Source: a bacterium
GTDB lineage: Bacteria > UBA10199 > JAIBAG01
Length of the DNA stretch: 64,000 nucleotides
Assembly: GCA_019695305.1 (NCBI GenBank)
Contig: JAIBAG010000001.1
Location: 18,774-82,773, forward strand
Reading direction: 5' to 3'
The notes beneath the pieces were generated by a model that did not search any database, was not told the origin of the DNA, and saw only the letters and a program-made list of their open reading frames with translations. Shown in pieces: positions 40,683 to 49,622 of the stretch (position 1 is the first letter of the stretch; the number at the start of each line of letters is the position of its first letter). The translations under genes and the position numbers were made by a program.

Positions 40683-41642
40683 ATGAATAATCCGAGTGTT
40701 GTATTTTTAGATGCGTCTACGCTCGATTTAGGTGATATAGATTTATCTCCGCTCTATAAAAAAGCCCGTCTAGTATGTTATAGCGACACTAAATCGTTTC
40801 AAGTAATAACACGACTTAAGCAAGCCGATATAGCCATCATCAATAAAATTGTTCTTAAAGAAAAGGAATTAAAACAATTACCACAGCTTAAGCTTATCAG
40901 CGTAGCGGCCACCGGCGTTAATAATGTTGATTTGGATTATTGCGCCAAAAATAAAATAGCCGTTACCAATGTAGCCGGCTATTCCACCACAACTGTTGCC
41001 GAACATGCCCTGATGATGATGCTGGCCACTTCTCACCGTTTAGTAGAACATCGTGATAGTACTCTTGCTAAAAAATGGAGCCGCTCGCCTCACTTTGCAC
41101 TACTTGATTATCCATTTCGCGATTTACGCGGTAAAACATTGGGCATAATAGGCTATGGCAATATTGGCAAAGAAGTATCTCGTTTAGCGCGTGCCTTTGG
41201 CATGACCGTGTTAGCATCCCAAATACCAGGGCGCAGTACAAAGGGCAGAGTTTCTTTTAAAACCGTTTTGAAAAAAAGTGATTTTATCTCGCTCCACTGT
41301 CCGCTCTCACGCCACACCCATCATCTCATCAATAAAACATCGCTCAAGATGATGAAAAAGGATTGCGTCCTTCTTAATTTAGCGCGTGGACCTGTAGTCA
41401 ATGAGCCCGATGTAGCACAAGCCTTAAAACAAAACAGGCTCGCCTGTTATGCAACGGATGTGATGCAACAAGAACCTCCATCGGCCAATAATCCTCTCTT
41501 TGATAAAAAAATCAGAAATAAAGTGCTCATTACCCCGCACGTAGCCTGGGCCAGCCTGGAATCGCGCCAAAGATTGACGGATGAAATGGGAAAAAATATT
41601 GAGGCTTTTTTAAAAGGAAAAAAGAGAAACCGACTTATTTAA
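40683..41642 (+). CDS. D-isomer-specific 2-hydroxyacid dehydrogenase (glycerate dehydrogenase / hydroxypyruvate reductase-like)
   Basis: NAD-binding GIIGYGNIGKEV, a catalytic-domain His/Glu/Arg arrangement, and the ITPHVA C-terminal motif. Confidence 0.82.
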   Translation: MNNPSVVFLDASTLDLGDIDLSPLYKKARLVCYSDTKSFQVITRLKQADIAIINKIVLKEKELKQLPQLKLISVAATGVNNVDLDYCAKNKIAVTNVAGYSTTTVAEHALMMMLATSHRLVEHRDSTLAKKWSRSPHFALLDYPFRDLRGKTLGIIGYGNIGKEVSRLARAFGMTVLASQIPGRSTKGRVSFKTVLKKSDFISLHCPLSRHTHHLINKTSLKMMKKDCVLLNLARGPVVNEPDVAQALKQNRLACYATDVMQQEPPSANNPLFDKKIRNKVLITPHVAWASLESRQRLTDEMGKNIEAFLKGKKRNRLI

Positions 41643-42012
41643 ACATTTTTCGGGAAGCCATGAGAGCATCGGCCGTAGACCTATTACAAGCTACCGGAAT
41701 ATCCCACACCGCCGCCACACGCAAAAGAGCCTTTACATCTGGATCGTGTGGTTGAGGTTCTAGCGGATCCCAAAAGAAAACCAGCATGTCCACTTTACCT
41801 TCAGTAATCAAAGCTCCAATTTGTTGATCGCCCCCTAAGGGCCCGCTGTTTAATTTTTTAACTTTTAGTTTAAATTCATTCTGAATGAGTGTGCCGGTAG
41901 TACCCGTAGCAATAATATTAAGCTTTTTAATAATATGTAGATGAGCCTTTATCCACTTGAGAATTTCTGGCTTTTTATTGTCGTGGGCTACAATTGCGAT
42001 GCTTTTTTTCAT
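41635..42012 (-). CDS. mgsA: Methylglyoxal synthase
   Basis: IAIVAHDNKK...ATGTTG...GPLGGDQQIGA motifs typical of MgsA. 125 aa. Confidence 0.9.
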   Translation of the reverse strand: MKKSIAIVAHDNKKPEILKWIKAHLHIIKKLNIIATGTTGTLIQNEFKLKVKKLNSGPLGGDQQIGALITEGKVDMLVFFWDPLEPQPHDPDVKALLRVAAVWDIPVACNRSTADALMASRKMFK

Positions 42013-42094
42013 GTGACGCTAAACTATCACAAAAAAAATGAAGGCTAAACAGTTTTCTGTTGAATTTTGTATGGAATTATTGCTTTAAGAAAGC

Positions 42095-42697
42095 ATGGTA
42101 AAAGACTCCCGTTTAGTACTCGATTTAGAAACCAAAAAAACTTTTGATGAAGTAGGAGGCCGCAACAACCTGGCCGAGCTTGGCATTTCGGTTGTGGGTG
42201 TGTACGATTATGCAACCAATACCTACAAGGCCTACCAAGAACACGAGTTTGGCGTTCTGCAAAATCTGCTTATCAATGCTTCGCTCATCATTGGGTTTAA
42301 TCACCTATATTTCGACATGCCTGTGTTACAACCCTATCTTTCGGTAGATGTTACCAAACTTCCCTTGTTTGACATCATGGACGATCTTAAAAATATTTTG
42401 GGTCATCGTGTGGGGCTCGATAGCGTAGCTCAGGCTACTCTTAACGTAGGTAAAAACGGACACGGGCTGGATGCTATCCGTTACTGGCGCGAGGGTAAAA
42501 TAGAAGAACTCAAAAATTACTGTTTAAATGACGTAAAAGTAACCAAAGAAGTTTTTGATTACGGTGTTGCCAACGGGAAAATTTCCTACTTATCCAAGCT
42601 GGGTAACCAGAAAAAGGAAGTTAAGGTAGACTGGAAAAAATACAAAAAACCGGTAAGCGACACGCCTGCCGCTCCTGCTCAATATAAATTATTTTAA
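42095..42697 (+). CDS. DEDDy-type 3'-5' exonuclease (RNase H-like fold)
   Basis: Exo I LVLDLET, Exo II GFNHLYFDMPVL and Exo III YCLNDVKV motifs. 200 aa. Confidence 0.65.
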   Translation: MVKDSRLVLDLETKKTFDEVGGRNNLAELGISVVGVYDYATNTYKAYQEHEFGVLQNLLINASLIIGFNHLYFDMPVLQPYLSVDVTKLPLFDIMDDLKNILGHRVGLDSVAQATLNVGKNGHGLDAIRYWREGKIEELKNYCLNDVKVTKEVFDYGVANGKISYLSKLGNQKKEVKVDWKKYKKPVSDTPAAPAQYKLF

Positions 42698-42704
42698 TGG
42701 ATGA

Positions 42705-42867
42705 AGCGCCCAAAATTTGTGAGCTGTGTAAAACAATTCTGGAATTTGTGCACGGCCATGGTGCCTGCCTAAATAGCACATGCCCCCTCTTTGGCCAAAA
42801 CCAGGCTCCTTGTTGTGATGGAGAAAACATTTGTCCCACAGATTCTGCCGATAAAAACTCTTATTGA
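42705..42867 (+). CDS. Candidate unannotated small Cys-rich protein of 54 aa (zinc-ribbon-like CxxC ... CxxxxC ... CC ... C)
   Basis: ATG-initiated ORF MDEAPKICELCKTILEFVHGHGACLNSTCPLFGQNQAPCCDGENICPTDSADKNSY. It is below the 60-aa cutoff of the ORF track. No clear Shine-Dalgarno. Its 3' end overlaps the convergent hydrolase gene by a few bp. Confidence 0.3.
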
Positions 42868-43907
42868 TGTAAATTTTCTACAATCACATCGTGCGCTTTA
42901 GGCCTGAATTTTTTAATAGCCTCGTTTATTCGTGTGGGATGAATGCGGTTGGTAAGTAAAATAACAGAAAAATCTTTTTTACGGTCCCACCAAAAAGAAG
43001 TGCCGGTATAACCCAGATGACCCACCGACAATTCTGAAAAATATTTGCCGGATGACGAAGGAAAGCTGGGCGTATCAAAACCAAGAGTAAAGCCACCACT
43101 AGCTGGCTTTGTTAAAAAAGTTTTAAGGACTGCCGGATTAACAAAAGTACTCTCGCCTTTTTCAACTTTCCTTAACTCTATGAGATACCCCGCTACATCC
43201 CGCGCTGTGCCAAACAGGCCGGCATGGCCGGCAACACCATTAAGCAGATAACAACGCTCATCCATCGCTTCGCCCAATAAAATTTTATTGCGCAACGGAC
43301 AGAGCTCGGTGGCCACAAAATGACTTTCTGTTTTATCAAGCGGCTTACTGATTGGATTATAAAATAGATTTAGCTTCAGGGGATTGGCAATTTCATTTTT
43401 AAATAATACATCAAGGGGTAATGAAAATATTTTTTCTAAAATAAAACCCAATAATAAATAACCCAAATCACTGTACACCACTTTAGTCCCCACGGGGTTT
43501 TCTAAAGACTCGGAAACAATTTTATCCGTCATCCACTGTTTTATGTCAGCTGGATGCGATTCTTTCTCATATTCTTTATAAGCAGCAAGACCGGAAGAGT
43601 GATTGAGCAAATGAGCTAATGTTATTTGTGGATTTGCTTTCGAAAAATATTTGGAAAGAGGATCATGAAGGGAACAAAGTTTTCGTTCTACCGCCTTCAT
43701 GAAGAGTGTCGCGGTCGCAATGGGCTTTGTAAGAGAGGCAATATCAAAAAATAAATGGGGCGTTAAGGCACGCTCTATAGGTTCTTTTTGCGCCAAGCCA
43801 TACACTTTTTCAAAAACAATCTTCTGATGACTCAACACAAGAACACTGGCCCCGGGAAAAACGCCATCGGCTAAAGCTTGTTCGAATAAAGAATCAATTT
43901 TATTCAA
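42861..43907 (-). CDS. Serine hydrolase of the beta-lactamase (class C / esterase) family
   Basis: S-x-x-K active site (FDIASLTKP) and the YxN-like region. The start is uncertain. The TTG at 43905-43907 lies just after the ldcA stop, while the longer GTG-initiated ORF (to 43967) would overlap ldcA by 67 bp. Confidence 0.65.
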   Translation of the reverse strand: MNKIDSLFEQALADGVFPGASVLVLSHQKIVFEKVYGLAQKEPIERALTPHLFFDIASLTKPIATATLFMKAVERKLCSLHDPLSKYFSKANPQITLAHLLNHSSGLAAYKEYEKESHPADIKQWMTDKIVSESLENPVGTKVVYSDLGYLLLGFILEKIFSLPLDVLFKNEIANPLKLNLFYNPISKPLDKTESHFVATELCPLRNKILLGEAMDERCYLLNGVAGHAGLFGTARDVAGYLIELRKVEKGESTFVNPAVLKTFLTKPASGGFTLGFDTPSFPSSSGKYFSELSVGHLGYTGTSFWWDRKKDFSVILLTNRIHPTRINEAIKKFRPKAHDVIVENLHQ

Positions 43908-44805
43908 GAGGACTTTCCAGATACTTGAGGGTTTTATTTGTGGCGTTAAGCTCCACCTTGGCTCCAAAAGCCAGTGTCACTTTTTGCGCCCCATGGCCTG
44001 CCGGAAAATTATATAGCACCGGGCCTTTAAAATCTTTTAAAACATCCTTGATGGTTTCAATATAATGCTCGTTCTCACCACCATTTACAAAATTTCCAAA
44101 TATAATTCCCTTGGCCTTTTTAAGTTTTCCAGCCAATTTGAGCTGAGTCAGCATGCGGTCTACCGCGTAGGGTTTTTCGTTAATATCTTCAAAAAATAAT
44201 ATTTTGTTCGTCGTATCAAGCTCATAAGGAGTGGCCAATGTAGAAATGATGAGAGATAGACATCCCCCAGTCAGCATGCCCTGCGCCCTACCCTTTTTTA
44301 AGCACACAGTTTCGTCAAACTGGTAAAACGGTTTTTGCACAATTCCGGTAAGTGTTTGAAAAAGTGTTTTTTCGGTTAAAAGATCCACTGGTGGCGTTAA
44401 GTCTTTAGCTACTACCGGCCCGTAAAAAGTAATCCATTTCTTTTTTTGCGTGAGATAATTTAAAAGTGGCGTGATATCGCTATAGCCCATCACAATTTTA
44501 GGATGGCTGGGCTTCATCATCTTATCAACAAAGGGCAAAATACGCATCATCCCGTAACCACCACGGGCAAAAAACAGCGCGTTTATTTTTTTATTTGATA
44601 AAAGAGAAAGCAGCTCTTTAGCACGTCTGGCATCGTTACCAGCCAGATAATTTTTCTTTTCAAAGATATCGTCTTTGTAAAAAACTTTATAATCTTTAGA
44701 CCGAAGATGCTCCACAGCGGCTAAAAATTTATCTTTTTCAAATGGACTCGCCGAGGCCGCAATACCGATAATGTCACCATCTCTTAGTTGTTTTGCTTTT
44801 TTCAT
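43900..44805 (-). CDS. ldcA: LD-carboxypeptidase (muramoyltetrapeptide carboxypeptidase, peptidase S66)
   Basis: S66 family motifs including the catalytic Ser context GYSDITPL and the C-terminal HG. 301 aa. Confidence 0.82.
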   Translation of the reverse strand: MKKAKQLRDGDIIGIAASASPFEKDKFLAAVEHLRSKDYKVFYKDDIFEKKNYLAGNDARRAKELLSLLSNKKINALFFARGGYGMMRILPFVDKMMKPSHPKIVMGYSDITPLLNYLTQKKKWITFYGPVVAKDLTPPVDLLTEKTLFQTLTGIVQKPFYQFDETVCLKKGRAQGMLTGGCLSLIISTLATPYELDTTNKILFFEDINEKPYAVDRMLTQLKLAGKLKKAKGIIFGNFVNGGENEHYIETIKDVLKDFKGPVLYNFPAGHGAQKVTLAFGAKVELNATNKTLKYLESPLE

Positions 44806-44839
44806 CTTCTTATAAAAAACTCTCTAAACACTTTCTTGA

Positions 44840-45012
44840 AATTACTTAAAAATCCCTGGAGGGACCTTTCTTATATTGAGACCCTCCGTCGTCAATTGGA
44901 ACAACCGGGATACAATAGACCCAATTGGCGGTGGCGGAGCGTCGCTCGGGTCGGCCCGAGCGTAAGCGTGTCTCAATATAAGAAAGGTTCTGGAAGGGAT
45001 TTTTAAGTAATT
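44840..45012. repeat. 173-bp long-stem palindromic element: 43-bp arms with a 6-bp central mismatch, flanking a structured 87-bp core
   Basis: 44840-44882 pairs with 44970-45012. The two 18-19 bp blocks are perfect, with GGAGGG/TCCAGA unpaired between them. The core contains sub-hairpins GCTCGGG/CCCGAGC and CAATTGG/CCAATTG. It lies in the divergent promoter region between ldcA and the E1-alpha gene. Confidence 0.7.
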
Positions 45013-45099
45013 TCTCCCACTTAACGCACCACATCAAAATCTACCTCAGAATAAAGATTTCCATAGACGGAATCAACGCCTTTCTTTTACAATTTGCAT

Positions 45100-46170
45100 A
45101 TGCCCATGCTGGATTCACAAGATCTGCATGGATTCAAACCGAGCGGGGATGCACAACAACCCCAGGAACTGGCAACACATGGTTTGATCCATTCTCTCCT
45201 CACCAAGCAAGACTTGCTGAATCTCTACCATTATCTGGTTTTAACCCGCACCCTGGAAGACAAAATTCATTACATATGCTCACACCAAAACCCCAAAAAC
45301 CCACTTATTATCGGTAAAGGTTATTTATCAACGGGACAAGAAGCGGTGTCTATTGGGGCTGCTTATACGCTGAAAGAAAACGATTGGGTGGCACAAAGCC
45401 ATCGTGATTTTGGTTGTTTGCTCATGCGCGGACTGACGGTGGATGATTTGCTCATGCAATATTTTAGTAAAGTAGATGGCCCCACCAAGGGACGCGATGC
45501 CAATGTGCACCTGGGAAACACGCAAAAAAGAATATTGGGATTTATCTCGCACATGGGTGCCATGCTTCCTGCTGCCAACGGTGTAGCCTGGGCCTCCAAA
45601 TACAAAGGCGAAAACAATGTTACACTCGCCTTTTTTGGCGATGGTGCCTCCTCACAGGGTGCTGTGCACGAAGCCATGAATTACGCAGCCGTGTTTAAAC
45701 TGCCCGTTGTTTTTATTTGCAACAATAATGGCTGGGCTATTTCTACACCCACCCATCAGCAATATGCCATTCAGGATATCTCGGCACGAGCCAGCGCTTA
45801 CGGCATGCCAGGATCAACATGCGACGGCAATAATGTGGTAGAGGTTTATAATCACCTTAAAAAAGCCGTTGATCATGCAAGAAATGGTAATGGCCCAAGT
45901 TTAGTAGAATGCAAAACCATGCGCATGGCTGGCCACGGCACACACGACCGCGCTCAATACATGCCTAAAGATCAAATAGAATATTGGAAGTCCCGCGACC
46001 CCATTTCAAATTTTGAACAAAGATTGATCAATAATGGGGTCGCGGATGATTTTTTATTTAAAAACAAAAAAGAAGAACTCGCCCAACTGGTGAATGAGGC
46101 TGTGGAACGGATTAGTCAAATGCCGGGGCCCACAGTGGATAAGCAGTTGGACGATGTATTTGCAAAATGA
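45100..46170 (+). CDS. 2-oxoacid dehydrogenase E1 component, alpha subunit (TPP-dependent; pyruvate, branched-chain or acetoin type)
   Basis: TPP-binding motif GDGASSQGAVHEAMNYAAVFKLPVVFICNNNGWAIS. 358 aa. Confidence 0.85.
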   Translation: MPMLDSQDLHGFKPSGDAQQPQELATHGLIHSLLTKQDLLNLYHYLVLTRTLEDKIHYICSHQNPKNPLIIGKGYLSTGQEAVSIGAAYTLKENDWVAQSHRDFGCLLMRGLTVDDLLMQYFSKVDGPTKGRDANVHLGNTQKRILGFISHMGAMLPAANGVAWASKYKGENNVTLAFFGDGASSQGAVHEAMNYAAVFKLPVVFICNNNGWAISTPTHQQYAIQDISARASAYGMPGSTCDGNNVVEVYNHLKKAVDHARNGNGPSLVECKTMRMAGHGTHDRAQYMPKDQIEYWKSRDPISNFEQRLINNGVADDFLFKNKKEELAQLVNEAVERISQMPGPTVDKQLDDVFAK

Positions 46171-47144
46171 ATCGACCCCTCTATTACGCCGATGCCATTA
46201 AAGAAGCACTGGCTCTAGAAATGCGCCGTGATGACAACGTGTACATTTTTGGAGAAGATATTGCCCAATATGGCGGCGTGTTTGGAGTGACTAAAGGTTT
46301 AGTGGATGAATTTGGCGAAAAGCGTGTGCGCAACACACCGCTAAGTGAAATTGCGATTATGGGCGAAGCTGTTGGGGCGGCCGTGGCGGGGTTAGTTCCT
46401 GTTCCTGAAATTCAATTTTCAGATTTCCTCACCACGGCCATGTCCCCTTTGGTAGATTTAGCCGCTACGTATCATTACCGCATTGGCACCGCTCTACCCA
46501 TCACCATTAGAGCTCCCAGCGGAGGCGCCATGAATATCGGCAATTTTCATTCTAAATGTTTAGAAAGCTGGTTTACACACGTGCCGGGGTTAAAAGTAGT
46601 GGTGCCCGCTACCGCCCACGATGCCAAAGGGCTTTTGATCAGTGCCATAAGAGATAAAAACCCCGTTTTATTTTTTGAACAAAAAAAGCTCTATCGTGAA
46701 ATTAAAGATGATGTACCCGAGGGTGATTATACGGTGCCCCTGGGAAAAGCCAATATTGACCGCGAAGGAAAAGATATTTCGATCATTACCTATGGAACAC
46801 CAGTTCATTGGGCAAGACAAGCGCGTGAGGAATTAAAACAAAAAAATATTTTTGCCGAAATTGTCGATCTACGGACACTGGCCCCTTTAGATAAAGACAC
46901 CATTAAAGAATCGTTTAAAAAAACAAACCGCGCCATTGTGCTGCACGAAGCCCCTAAAACAAGCGGCTTTGGAGCCGAGATTGCTGCTATGTTAGAAGAA
47001 GAGTGTTTTCATGATTTAGCAGCACCCATTGTGAGGATTGGAGCTAAACACATGCCTGTTCCTACAAATCCAACGCTCGAGCAATATTATTTACCCAGTA
47101 TTCAAGACATTACAACGGCAGCAGAAAAATTAATGGAGTATTAA
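46167..47144 (+). CDS. 2-oxoacid dehydrogenase E1 component, beta subunit
   Basis: Transketolase-like Pyr and C-terminal domains (GEDIAQYGGVFGVTKGL). Overlaps the E1-alpha stop. Confidence 0.9.
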   Translation: MNRPLYYADAIKEALALEMRRDDNVYIFGEDIAQYGGVFGVTKGLVDEFGEKRVRNTPLSEIAIMGEAVGAAVAGLVPVPEIQFSDFLTTAMSPLVDLAATYHYRIGTALPITIRAPSGGAMNIGNFHSKCLESWFTHVPGLKVVVPATAHDAKGLLISAIRDKNPVLFFEQKKLYREIKDDVPEGDYTVPLGKANIDREGKDISIITYGTPVHWARQAREELKQKNIFAEIVDLRTLAPLDKDTIKESFKKTNRAIVLHEAPKTSGFGAEIAAMLEEECFHDLAAPIVRIGAKHMPVPTNPTLEQYYLPSIQDITTAAEKLMEY

Positions 47145-47145
47145 A

Positions 47146-48312
47146 ATGACGCAAATTTATCTCACCATGCCTCAACCCGGTGAAACTATTACCGAGGGAA
47201 AAATCATCCGCTGGATTGCAAAAGAGGGCGATATGATCAAAGAAGGCGATATTGTGAGCGAGCTAGAAACAGAAAAAGCTCTCTTTGAATTTGAATCGCC
47301 CTTTGAAGGCCGTATTACAACGCTTATACATCACAATGGAGATAATGTTCCCGTAGGCGAACCAATTGCAGTGCTAGAAGTGGAAGATTCTAAAGCCAAA
47401 AACTATTTAATGATGGGCTTGGGTCAAAAAGGCCCGGAAGTTTCTCAAACAACGATTATAGAAACTAAAAAAGAAACTCCGGTTAAAAACAAGGCCCCTC
47501 TTTCTCATTCACCTTATATACGGAAAATGATCACGCAGCACAATCTCTCTGACAAACAAATTGAAGATTATTTAGAACAGCATCAAAAAGAAAAACTCAC
47601 CAAGGAGGATATTGAGAAACTGATAAAACCGAACCTGGATTCCGGCCTACGCCGGAATGGCACAGATCTTTACCAAGACATCCCCGTCTCTCCTATCCGC
47701 GAACGCATTGCTCAAAATATGCTTAAAGCGGTAACCACTATCCCGCACGCGCATACCAATGTGACCATTGATATGACTAAAATTGTAGAAAAACGAAAAC
47801 AAACAAAACAAAATTATTTGGTTCTTCTGTGGCCGGCATTAAAAGCCGCTATTCAAAAACACCCGTTGGTAAACGCTACTTATAAAAATGATCCGCCCAC
47901 GATCCGTACTTTTAATAAAATTCACTTGGGGGTGAGTGTAGATACCGATAAAGGGCTTTTTGTTCCTGTGCTAAAAGATGCCCATCTTGAAAAAGATTTC
48001 GAAACAAAATGGAACTCTTTGCTTCAAAAAACAAAAGACAACAAGCTGAGTGTGGATGAAGTTACCGGCGCCACATTTACGTTTAACAATTTTGGATATT
48101 TTGGAACAAACGTAGGGGTCCAAATTATTCCCTACCCGCAAGCAGCAAGTTTAGGCATGGGCCGCATTGAAAAACGCCCGTGGATTGTGGGTGAAGGTAT
48201 TGCTATACGCTCTGTATCGGAATGGACTTTAGCCTTTGATCACCGCGTGATGGACGGACGCGATGCCGCCCGCTTTATGGAAACGTTAAAAGAATTAATC
48301 GAACAAGCTTAA
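47146..48312 (+). CDS. Dihydrolipoamide acyltransferase, E2 component (single lipoyl domain)
   Basis: Lipoyl-lysine motif ELETEKALFEFESP and catalytic DHRVMDG motif. Confidence 0.9.
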   Translation: MTQIYLTMPQPGETITEGKIIRWIAKEGDMIKEGDIVSELETEKALFEFESPFEGRITTLIHHNGDNVPVGEPIAVLEVEDSKAKNYLMMGLGQKGPEVSQTTIIETKKETPVKNKAPLSHSPYIRKMITQHNLSDKQIEDYLEQHQKEKLTKEDIEKLIKPNLDSGLRRNGTDLYQDIPVSPIRERIAQNMLKAVTTIPHAHTNVTIDMTKIVEKRKQTKQNYLVLLWPALKAAIQKHPLVNATYKNDPPTIRTFNKIHLGVSVDTDKGLFVPVLKDAHLEKDFETKWNSLLQKTKDNKLSVDEVTGATFTFNNFGYFGTNVGVQIIPYPQAASLGMGRIEKRPWIVGEGIAIRSVSEWTLAFDHRVMDGRDAARFMETLKELIEQA

Positions 48313-48968
48313 ATTTGTTTTCTATCGGCCCCACGCGGGCGATTCATCATCTCTTGAAATAATTTCCGATCAATATCCAGCTTGCCCTGGAGATATAATT
48401 CGAGATGCTCCAAACGGTCGTTGCCCCAGAATACTTCGTCATCCACCACAAATGAAGGCACACCAAACACGTTTTGGTTAATTGCCTTATCGGTATTTTC
48501 TTTTAATTTGTTTTTGATAGCGAGATCGTTTGCTTTCGCAAGTAACGCATCGGCGTCGTACTTATTATTCATAAGAATGGACCGAACAACGTTAGCATCT
48601 GATATGTCAAGCCCCTCTTCCCACGACGCTTTTGAAAAAATGTTTGCCAGCTTAAAGCATTCATCACCTTCACCTAAAGACGTTAAAATTCGCAAAACTG
48701 TGAGTGGATTATAAGGATGTTGCGGTGGCAGCTTCATTTGAATTCCCAAAATTTTTCCAAAACGTAAAATCTCTTTCATCACATTCACGCGCTTGGCTGC
48801 TATTTCAGCCGGCCCCTTTTGCCCATGGGCATTGAGAAGGCCTGCAAATAAAACGGGAACGTATTTGATTTGTACATTTTGATTTCGTTTTAAAAACGCA
48901 GGCAGGCCATGAAAAGCCATATGCACATACGGACTGATGGGGTCAAAATAATAAGTGACGGTTTTCAT
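48309..48968 (-). CDS. DsbA-like thioredoxin-fold protein (2-hydroxychromene-2-carboxylate isomerase family)
   Basis: N-terminal YYFDPISPY and C-terminal GVPSFVVDDEVFWGNDRL motifs typical of HCCA isomerase / DsbA-family proteins. Start at MKTV. Confidence 0.75.
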   Translation of the reverse strand: MKTVTYYFDPISPYVHMAFHGLPAFLKRNQNVQIKYVPVLFAGLLNAHGQKGPAEIAAKRVNVMKEILRFGKILGIQMKLPPQHPYNPLTVLRILTSLGEGDECFKLANIFSKASWEEGLDISDANVVRSILMNNKYDADALLAKANDLAIKNKLKENTDKAINQNVFGVPSFVVDDEVFWGNDRLEHLELYLQGKLDIDRKLFQEMMNRPRGADRKQI

Positions 48969-48988
48969 AGTATTTCGCATGCTATGAA

Positions 48989-49534
48989 TTAACTTAGAAC
49001 ATCAGAAGCAAAATTTACTAAATGTAAATACCCTTTAAGGCCACCAAAATGAGGAAATTTTAGTTTCGTACCATGTTTATCTCTAGCATCAAGCTGAACC
49101 TGCCCATCGGGCGTATTTACAGTATAAATCGCTTTATTTCTGTTTGGATCTATATTCCAATAAACATCAGGCATTTTATGAGCATATGCCGATCGAATTA
49201 AAAAAATAATTTCACGAAGTGCATTTAAATCAGATGGGGTTTTTTCCCAATTTCGAAAACTACTTTTACCATGCCTAATTGAAAGGGCCTCGTCTACGGC
49301 AATAGTACAAGCGGCAAGCGATGCCATTAGTTGATTCATGACTGCCTTGTTCAATTCTTCTTGATTTATAATATCCCATTCAGGGACATCAAAAGTTACA
49401 TCATTCTGAATATTAAAAGTAACTTTGGGCTTAAATATATTAAAATCGATTTTGGCATTAAAACAACATACCACCAGTTTTACAGCAAAAGTAAACTGTT
49501 GTAATGCCCAATAAACACTTTCTTTTTCTGTCAT
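48989..49534 (-). CDS. Hypothetical protein of ~181 aa
   Basis: ORF only, with no motif recognised. Start taken at MTEKES (ATG at 49532-49534). Lies directly downstream of the dinD-like gene. Confidence 0.45.
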   Translation of the reverse strand: MTEKESVYWALQQFTFAVKLVVCCFNAKIDFNIFKPKVTFNIQNDVTFDVPEWDIINQEELNKAVMNQLMASLAACTIAVDEALSIRHGKSSFRNWEKTPSDLNALREIIFLIRSAYAHKMPDVYWNIDPNRNKAIYTVNTPDGQVQLDARDKHGTKLKFPHFGGLKGYLHLVNFASDVLS

Positions 49535-49622
49535 AATTTTTTGATGCCTTTCTACCACCCACAACATCCAGATCAAGCAAAAGCACATTTCAACGAATAT
49601 GAATTTACTCTTAATATAAACC

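Noticed and set aside
44788-45037. Two mirror-image ORFs (72 aa plus strand, 63 aa minus strand), both ending ...SGRDF/...SRDF
   Set aside because: They are produced by reading both strands of the 173-bp palindrome. The symmetry of the peptides reflects the inverted repeat, not coding.
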